NCBI GenBank assembly: GCA_965261285.1
Contig: OZ253457.1
Location: 1,508,511-1,572,510, forward strand
Length of the DNA stretch: 64,000 nucleotides
DNA from: Vicinamibacterales bacterium
GTDB lineage: Bacteria > Acidobacteriota > Vicinamibacteria > Vicinamibacterales > UBA8438
Reading direction: 5' to 3'
Positions 49,354 to 56,186 of the stretch are shown here, one piece after another. A model generated the notes under the pieces. The model was not told the DNA's origin and ran no database searches. It saw only the letters and a list, made by a program, of their open reading frames with translations. Positions within the stretch are counted from its first letter, which is position 1, and the number at the start of each line of letters is the position of its first letter. A program made the position numbers and the translations under genes.

Positions 49354-51752
49354 GTGGAGTTCCTCATCTGAAACGGGACGCTCTTGACGATGCCGAGGAT
49401 GATCGACGAGAAGCGGTAGTCGTCCGCTTCGGCCTCGCGGACGATGGTGCGGACGGCGGGCGCGTCGTAGTACTCGACGCCCCGGCCCAGCGCGAACGTG
49501 AGCAGCTTCTCCGTCAGCCGGCCCACGAACAGATCGGGCCGGCTCAGCAGGCCGTCCTCGAGGCCGTCCACCCCGGCGAGGGCGCCGACGCCGGGCAGCC
49601 CGCCCGAGACGTCGATGCGGCCGTTGTCGCCCTCCTGGTCGCGCCAGCGGCCGAGGGCGTCGAAGTTCTCGAGGGCGAAGCCGACGGGGTCGATGGTCCG
49701 GTGGCAGCTCGCGCACGCCGGGCTGTTGCGGTGCTGGGCGAGCCGCTCGCGCATCGGGAGGTTGGCCGCCACCTCGTTCTCCTCGAGGGCCGGCACGTCG
49801 GGGAGCGGCGGGGGGGGCGGGGCCCCGAAGATGTTGTCGAGCACCCACACGCCGCGGATGATCGGCGATGTCCGGGTCGCGTAGGAGGTCACGGCGAGGA
49901 CGCTGCCGTGCCGCAGCAGCCCCCCGCGCCGGCTCCCCTTGTCGAGGCCCACCCGCCGGAACCGCGTGCCGTAGACGTCGGGAATGCCGTAGTGCTTGGC
50001 GAGGCGTTCGTTCAGGAACGTGTAGTCGGCCCGCAGGAGGTCGAGCACGCTGCGGTCCTCGTCGATCACGCTGTCGATGAACCGTTCCGTCTCCTCGCGG
50101 AACGCCTGCCGCAGGTTGTCGTCGAAGTCGGGGAAGAGGCGCCCGTTCGGGCTCAGCGCCGCGAGGTTGCGCAGCCGCAGCCACTGCCCGGCGAAGTTGC
50201 TCGCGAGGTTGAACGAGCGGGGGTCGGCGAGCATCCGCCGCGTCTGCCGCTCGAGCTCGTCGGGGTCGCTCAGCTCGCCGCGGATGGCCGCGTCGAGCAG
50301 CTCGTCGTCGGGCAGGCTGCTCCAGAGGAAGAACGAAAGCCGCGAAGCCAGCTCCAGGTCGCTGACGTGGTACGCGGGGATGCCGCCGCCGCGGTCCGGG
50401 TCGACCTCGACGCGGAACAGGAACCGCGGATTGATGAGGACCGCGCTCAGGGCCCGGCCGATGCCGGCGTCGAAGTCGCCGCCCGCCCGGCCCTCGCGGT
50501 AGAACGCCATCGGGCCGTCGAGGTCGGCGTCCGAGACCGGCCGCCGGTAGGCCCGCCGCATCAGGGTGGAGAGGATCTCCCGCGCGCAGCCCTCCTCCTC
50601 GCTCGCCTGCGCCGGCCGGCACACGAACAGCCGCTCGCGGCTGGGGGTGTCGCTGACGCCCTGCGGGGCGTAGGGGCCGGTGATCGACACCTGGTAGACG
50701 GCCGGGGTCAACCGCGGATGACGGGTCTCGTTGAAGTGCGACTGCCCGGGCCTGCGCTCGGTCTCCATCAGCGACGAGGCGCTCTTGAGGAACGTGACGC
50801 CGAGGTCGTGGGGGCCGGCGGTCACCGAGGCGCGCACCTTCAGGTCGCGGTCGACGAGCGCGTCGTCGCCGCGCTCGGGCCGCTGGACCGTGAAGCTCGC
50901 GACGGGGACCCGGTCGAGCAGGATCTCCATCTCGTGCGGCTGCCGGTCGCGCAGCCCGCCGATGTTGCCGGTGCGGTTCCGGGCCAGCCGCACCTGGATG
51001 TCGTAGTCGCCGTCCTGGGCGAACGTGTAGGGAATCACGACGCCGCCGCGCGTGCCGAGGGGCAGTCCGGGGACGTGCTCTTCCTGCGTGGTGTCGGCGG
51101 GCACGCGGATCACGTCGGCCTGCAGCGAGGTCTGGGTGGTGCCGATGACGAGCCGGCTGATCTTCTGGGCGGCCGAGATGTAGCGGTCGAGCAGGGCCGG
51201 CGGCAGGTCGCCGACGGTCACGTTGTCGAAGCCGTAGCCGCTCTCGTCGGGGGGCAGCAGGGTGGTGGCGTCGACGTCGAGGGCCAGGAGGTCGCGGATG
51301 GCGTTCTGGTACTCGGTGCGGTTGAGCCGGCGCAGGGTCTCGGTACGGCCCGGGTTCGGGCTCGCCGCCGCCGCCGCGTCGAGCGTCGACGCGAGCCACG
51401 AGGCCATCGCGGCGCGGGCCCCGGCCGGCGGCTGCGGCCGGTTCGGCGGGGGCATGGTGCTCGTGCGCAGCTTGCGCACCACGCCCTCCCAGATCTCGGC
51501 CTCGGCCGGCACGTGCGCGACGTCGATGTTCTCCAGGCTCAGCCCGGCCGTCTCGAGGCGGTCGCTGTGGCAGGCGACGCAGTAGCGATCGAGCAGTTGG
51601 CGGGCGTCGGCCGCCGATGGCGACAACTCCGTCGCCCCAGATCCCTGAGCTTGCGCGCCCGCTGGCAGCCACAGACTCAGGCCGAGGAGGATCGAGGCCC
51701 CGGTGGCCACCGTCGTCATGCGGGAAACGGCCCGGGAAGACCCAAATCTCAT
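49350..51752 (-). CDS. DUF1592/DUF1588/DUF1595-family protein with an N-terminal c-type heme motif (module copy B)
   Basis: 'LDRYCVACHSDRLETAGLSL...KLRTSTMPP', 'LRRLNRTEYQNAIRDLL', 'SRLSFFLWSSLPDDEL', 'FAGQWLRLRNL' and 'CASCHRTIDPVGFALENFDALGRWR'. It is collinear with copy A. The start is ATG 51752, or the ATG for 'MTTVATG' 33 nt downstream. Confidence 0.85.
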   Translation of the reverse strand: MRFGSSRAVSRMTTVATGASILLGLSLWLPAGAQAQGSGATELSPSAADARQLLDRYCVACHSDRLETAGLSLENIDVAHVPAEAEIWEGVVRKLRTSTMPPPNRPQPPAGARAAMASWLASTLDAAAAASPNPGRTETLRRLNRTEYQNAIRDLLALDVDATTLLPPDESGYGFDNVTVGDLPPALLDRYISAAQKISRLVIGTTQTSLQADVIRVPADTTQEEHVPGLPLGTRGGVVIPYTFAQDGDYDIQVRLARNRTGNIGGLRDRQPHEMEILLDRVPVASFTVQRPERGDDALVDRDLKVRASVTAGPHDLGVTFLKSASSLMETERRPGQSHFNETRHPRLTPAVYQVSITGPYAPQGVSDTPSRERLFVCRPAQASEEEGCAREILSTLMRRAYRRPVSDADLDGPMAFYREGRAGGDFDAGIGRALSAVLINPRFLFRVEVDPDRGGGIPAYHVSDLELASRLSFFLWSSLPDDELLDAAIRGELSDPDELERQTRRMLADPRSFNLASNFAGQWLRLRNLAALSPNGRLFPDFDDNLRQAFREETERFIDSVIDEDRSVLDLLRADYTFLNERLAKHYGIPDVYGTRFRRVGLDKGSRRGGLLRHGSVLAVTSYATRTSPIIRGVWVLDNIFGAPPPPPLPDVPALEENEVAANLPMRERLAQHRNSPACASCHRTIDPVGFALENFDALGRWRDQEGDNGRIDVSGGLPGVGALAGVDGLEDGLLSRPDLFVGRLTEKLLTFALGRGVEYYDAPAVRTIVREAEADDYRFSSIILGIVKSVPFQMRNST

Positions 51753-51800
51753 CCCCGCATTGTAGGCCCCGAGGGGACGAATTTCAAGGACGGGCGTCGG

Positions 51801-53387
51801 TCAACGCGGCCGGGTGAGCGGTTCCGTCAGCGGTCCGAGCGGCTCCCGCACCCACCAGGCTCCGTCCGCGCCCTCCTCCCGGGTCGTGAACCGGTAGCGG
51901 TACAGCATGAGCCGGACGAAGCGGGGCGGCCCGTCGGGGAACGGCGTGCCGTCGAGCAGGCCGAGGGCGGGCGGGTCGTCCTCCAGCAGGCCCTCGGCGA
52001 GGGGCAGCAGCCAGTGGCCGTTCCCCCGGGGATCGAGGGCCGCGAACCACATCCGCCAGTCGAGCCGCGGCATGTGGGCCAACGCGAAGCCGGGCGCCCG
52101 CGCGGGGTCGCCCGGCTTCCATCGGAACGGGTACTCGAGCCAGGTCGAGCCGTCCGCGCTGCCTTCGATGACGATCTCCGGACGCTCGGTCGTCATCACC
52201 CGGAACAGCCCGTAGCCGTTGACGGAGCGGAAGGGACCGGCCCAGTCGTCGAGGAGGACGTCGGCCCACGCGGGCATCGGCGCGGGAGCGCGGACCTCGC
52301 GAACCAGCGCGAGGGTGCTCAGCAGCGCGAGCAGCGCCGTCACCGCCGCCCGTGCCCACCGCCGCCACGCCGGGGCGCGACGGGGCGGGTTCCCCATCAT
52401 GCCGGCGCCAGCCCGGAAATCGTCGCCTCCAGCGCCGATTGCCGCCCAACCAACCCTGCTTGGCGTCGGCACCGTTCCAGGGCGCAGACGCCTGGAGACG
52501 CCGGGGCGGAGCAGCCGCGCGACGGCCGCGTCGTCGAGGAGCGACAAGTAGAGGACGACGGCGAGCAGGTTGAAGAAGCCGTAGCTGCCGGTCGCGGCAA
52601 TCAGGACCTGCAGCAGGCAGAGCAGTCCGCAGCCCGTCATCCGGATGCGCCGGAAGCGGGCCGGCGCGAGGATGGCGAACGGAACCGCGAGCTCGATGAC
52701 GAACATGACGCCGACCGACAGCGTGCCGAACCAGTCGGGCGCGTTGTGCGCGTACCAGCCGATCCAGGTCGGCAGCGGCTGCGTCTGGTAGTGGTGCTCG
52801 AGCGCGGTCAGGCCCCGCCAGGTCGCATCGCCGCTGAGCAGCTTGGTGGCGCCCGAGAGGAACGTCAGCTTGAACGCGAGGCCCCAGACCAGCCAGCGCG
52901 CCGCCGCCCCCGGCTCGCCGCCCGCCCCGAGGGGCACGCGCCAGCCGGCCGGGGCGTACAGCGCGGCGAGCAGCCCCGCTTCCAGCAGCAGCGCGTCCCA
53001 CTGGAACACGAGGAAGTCCTGACCGGCGACGGTGAGCCCGAGGTAGCAGACCCAGAGGGCCGGGAACACCGCCCTCGGCGCGACGCCGGCCATGGCCGCG
53101 GCCGACAGCGCCATGCCGAGCCAGCACGTTCCCACGAGGAAGCCGTCGCTCGGCCAGAGCCAGAGCAGCGTCGGCAGGTCGTGGTAGGCGGCGCGGCCCC
53201 ATATCTCGTACGCGCGGTCGAGATACGCGGCGGCGGGCATCAGGCCGTCGGCGCCGACCAGCCCGAGGATCTGCGGCGCGAGCGAGGCGAACGCCGTGAG
53301 GTGGACGAGGCCGAGCAGGCGCAGGAACAGATCGCGCGACAGGGCGAAGCACGGCGGGCCGCCGGTAGGAGGGAAAGGGCCGGCCAC
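51801..53387 (-). CDS. Lipase-maturation-factor (LMF1-like) family polytopic membrane protein
   Basis: 'LSRDLFLRLLGLVHLTAFASLAPQILGLVGADGLMPA...PTLLWLWPSD' N-terminus, many hydrophobic helices, and C-terminal 'PPRFVRLMLYRYRFT' as in the LMF family. The start is inferred as GTG 53387. Track ORF 51801..55694 runs on upstream through another gene's antisense or alternative frame. Confidence 0.7.
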   Translation of the reverse strand: MAGPFPPTGGPPCFALSRDLFLRLLGLVHLTAFASLAPQILGLVGADGLMPAAAYLDRAYEIWGRAAYHDLPTLLWLWPSDGFLVGTCWLGMALSAAAMAGVAPRAVFPALWVCYLGLTVAGQDFLVFQWDALLLEAGLLAALYAPAGWRVPLGAGGEPGAAARWLVWGLAFKLTFLSGATKLLSGDATWRGLTALEHHYQTQPLPTWIGWYAHNAPDWFGTLSVGVMFVIELAVPFAILAPARFRRIRMTGCGLLCLLQVLIAATGSYGFFNLLAVVLYLSLLDDAAVARLLRPGVSRRLRPGTVPTPSRVGWAAIGAGGDDFRAGAGMMGNPPRRAPAWRRWARAAVTALLALLSTLALVREVRAPAPMPAWADVLLDDWAGPFRSVNGYGLFRVMTTERPEIVIEGSADGSTWLEYPFRWKPGDPARAPGFALAHMPRLDWRMWFAALDPRGNGHWLLPLAEGLLEDDPPALGLLDGTPFPDGPPRFVRLMLYRYRFTTREEGADGAWWVREPLGPLTEPLTRPR

Positions 53388-53626
53388 GGGCCATTGTAAC
53401 GTCCCGCCGCGCGTCGCCCGTGGCGACGGGGTGCACGTCAGATTCGCGAGATGGCTGTCCCCGTGGGCTGTCAGGCTCCCGATTCTTGGTGTTCTCGGCT
53501 GTGAAACCCCTCCGGAACGCGCCGTCCCCGCCTCGGCGGTGCGATTCGCAGGCCGCGTCTCACTTTCTTGACGTGCGCCCGCGGCGTAAAGGCGCCGCGT
53601 TGCACCGCGCCCGATAGCGACGTCGG

Positions 53627-55735
53627 TCAGTCCTCTCGGGCCATCCGGCCCGCGTCGAGCTGGAGCGCGGCCAGCAGGGGGCCGAAGCGCCGCTCGAAGT
53701 TGCCGATCTTCGCGCTGGCGACGGTCAGGCGCTCCTCTCCGCACCGGAACACGAGATCGTCGGTCACGCGCCCGCGGCGGCGGGCGAGCCGGACGGGGGC
53801 CACGGGGTGGAACTCGGGCCGGATGGGATGCACCTCCGGCTCGCTGTCGTCGACGACGAGCTCCTTGTCGGCGACCGCGCCGACGACGACGCGGTCGGGG
53901 TGGAACGCCAGCCACCGCGACCGTCCCGCGCGGGTGGTCGCGGCGAGCACGGCCAGCGCCGGCTCGCCGTCGCCGAGCTGGCGCAGAATCGCCGGCGCCG
54001 CGCGGGGCGGCCACGTCGAGAGGTCGGGCAGACGCAGCCGTTCCCGCAGGCGCCGGGACGCGGCGTCGACATAGTGCTTCCAGGCCGCCGCGACCTGCTT
54101 GCGTTCGGGAAGAAGCACCCACGCGTGCAGCAGCACGAGGTGGTCGTGCTCGATCGGCCACGGCGGCGGTGCGGAGCACAGCAGATCGGCCACCGACGTC
54201 AGCAGCGGCTCGGCCAGGCGGTCCCCGACGAGGGCCGGCGGGGGCGCGTCCGGGCCCGGTTCTCGCGGGCCGCCTCCGGCCTCGTACGCCGCCGCCACCG
54301 CGCGCGCGAGCAGCCGTTCCGCCTCGTCCTCGTCGACGGTCTCCCGCACGCGCGCGCTGAACGCGCCGGCACGAAGAGACTCGCCGGCCTGCGCGCGGTC
54401 GGCATCGAGGCAGTCGCGCGCCAGCGCGGCGAGCAGCGCGAAGCCGTCGGCCGCGCGTCGTGCCTCGGGGCGGTGAGAGTCGCCGAGGTCGACCGGCAGC
54501 GGCAGGCGGCGCTGCAGGGCCTCGATGGCCGATCGCGCGTCCGGCGCCTGCAGGCCGTGCATCCCCGACAGCAGGTCGGCGAGGCGCTCGGCGACGGCCC
54601 GCCGGTCTTCCGGCCGCAGCGCGTCGAGGTCGACGGGCGGCACCGACGGCGGCGCCGGCGCGCGGTCCTCGGCCAGCGCGCGCAGCAGGGCGATCTTCGC
54701 GAACTCGTCGGGGATCGGCGCGCGCAGGATGCGATCGAGCAGCCACCGGCGGTTGTGGTCGACGCCGGGGATGCGCGCGTGGATGCGGACCGCCTCGACC
54801 AGCGCGATCCAGTCGGGGCCGCGGTACGAACGCAGGGGGTCGTAGATGCGCGCCACGCGCAGGTAGACCAGCGCCACCGAGCTCTCCAGCAGCGTCTTCA
54901 GCCACACCTCCGCGCGCGACCTGATGAACCGCTTGCCCACGCGCTTGGCCACCTGCGTGCCCAGGGTCCACGCGACGACCCCGACGGGGCTCGCGCCGGT
55001 GGCGAGGCGGGTGGCGAGGAGCGCGCCGTTGAGATAGTGCTCCCAGGGCTCGAGCTTCCGGTAGAGGGCGAGGCCCTGCTGGGCCTGCTCGAGCTGGGTG
55101 ACGACGGTCTTGACCGACCAGGAGGCCGGATCGACGAACGGCACCTGCCGCACCGTCTGCAGCAGCTCGCCGACGGCCGAGCGTACCGCGAGGGCGATGT
55201 CCCCGGTGCGCGCCTCGAGGACCGCGTTGTCCGACTCGGCGTGGTACAGCGCCGCGACCTCCTGCACGACGTCGCGCAGCTCGGCGAAGATGGCGCCGCC
55301 GTCGAGGTCCACGATGCGCCCGTCCTCGCGGCGGACGTAGCGCCGGTCGGCGACGCCTTCCCACACGCGGTCGCAACGGTCGCGGATCATCTCGCCGAGC
55401 CGGCGTTCCTGCTCGTCGAGGGCCGCGGGTGAGGTGGGCGTGTCGGGGCGGCGGCGCAGCAGCTCGTCGTAGGTGCGCTCGACCGGCGACACGCCGGCCG
55501 CGGTCAGCCGGGCGTCCAGCCCCCGGAGCTCGTCGAGCCGGCGGTCGAGCTCGCCCATCGCCTCGGCGTCGGGAGGACCCCCGCGCGCCCCGGCCATGGC
55601 CCCGGCGCCGATGGCGCCCGCGCCCACGAGGGAGAGCGCCGCCCCCGCCTCGAAAGACAGCGAAACCCCCAGCGCGATGCCCGCCGCCACGCATCCGAGG
55701 CCGGCGGCGAGCCAGATGACCGATGCATGCCGCAT
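53627..55735 (-). CDS. Hypothetical membrane-anchored protein (702 aa), no recognised domain
   Basis: ATG 55735 ('MRHASVIWLAAGLGCVAAGIALGVSLSF...' hydrophobic N-terminus) is followed by a long, non-degenerate, helix-rich sequence. It is the in-frame tail of track ORF 53627..56815, whose upstream part is Pro/Arg/Ala-rich junk over the repeat region. Confidence 0.55.
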   Translation of the reverse strand: MRHASVIWLAAGLGCVAAGIALGVSLSFEAGAALSLVGAGAIGAGAMAGARGGPPDAEAMGELDRRLDELRGLDARLTAAGVSPVERTYDELLRRRPDTPTSPAALDEQERRLGEMIRDRCDRVWEGVADRRYVRREDGRIVDLDGGAIFAELRDVVQEVAALYHAESDNAVLEARTGDIALAVRSAVGELLQTVRQVPFVDPASWSVKTVVTQLEQAQQGLALYRKLEPWEHYLNGALLATRLATGASPVGVVAWTLGTQVAKRVGKRFIRSRAEVWLKTLLESSVALVYLRVARIYDPLRSYRGPDWIALVEAVRIHARIPGVDHNRRWLLDRILRAPIPDEFAKIALLRALAEDRAPAPPSVPPVDLDALRPEDRRAVAERLADLLSGMHGLQAPDARSAIEALQRRLPLPVDLGDSHRPEARRAADGFALLAALARDCLDADRAQAGESLRAGAFSARVRETVDEDEAERLLARAVAAAYEAGGGPREPGPDAPPPALVGDRLAEPLLTSVADLLCSAPPPWPIEHDHLVLLHAWVLLPERKQVAAAWKHYVDAASRRLRERLRLPDLSTWPPRAAPAILRQLGDGEPALAVLAATTRAGRSRWLAFHPDRVVVGAVADKELVVDDSEPEVHPIRPEFHPVAPVRLARRRGRVTDDLVFRCGEERLTVASAKIGNFERRFGPLLAALQLDAGRMARED

Positions 55736-56090
55736 GCGCGGCCGCAGTGTACCAGGAGGACGGAGCGCGGCGGTGAAGCGGGGCGGACGCCGAGTTGAGG
55801 CCGCCGGGGGAGCGCCGCGGCAGGGCTGCGTCGGGAGATGGGCAAGGTTGCGGGGGAGCCGCGCGTCAGGCCGGGTGGGAGCGCCACGGAAACACGCCGC
55901 ATGCGCGGCCGCAGTGTACCAGGAGGACGGAGCGTGGCAAGAAACGGGGCGGACGCTGGGGAGGCCTCCGGGGCAGCGCCGTGGCAGGGCCGGGTCGGCA
56001 ACTGGGGCAAGGCTGTGGGAGAGCCCCGCGTCCGGAAAGCTGCAAGGGGAGCCCCGCGTCGGGCCGGCCGGGTGGGAGCGCCACGGCGAG
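55729..56090. repeat. Tandem direct repeat of about 167 bp (2 copies; the 2nd has an internal ~30-bp extra duplication)
   Basis: Copy 1 is 55729-55895 and copy 2 is 55896 to about 56090. Both begin 'gccgcatgcgcggccgcagtgtaccaggaggacggagcg' and end '...ccgggtgggagcgccacgg'. The sub-repeat 'gcaagg..g.gggagcc.cgcgtc.gg' occurs 3 times. Copy 1 contains the start codon of gene 53627..55735. Confidence 0.85.
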
Positions 56091-56186
56091 GCGGGCGCGG
56101 TGGGAGGCGGCCTGGGCGCGATTCGGTGATGTCGCGGAGGCTCGCGGAGGAGGGCAGCACGGGACGACCGGTTATCATGACGGGTT

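Noticed and set aside
51801-55694. A 1297-aa ORF that appears to be one giant minus-strand gene.
   Set aside because: Only the last 528 codons (from GTG 53387) look like a real protein (LMF family). The upstream part is Arg/Gly/Pro-rich and overlaps the credible 702-aa gene 53627..55735, which reads in a different frame.
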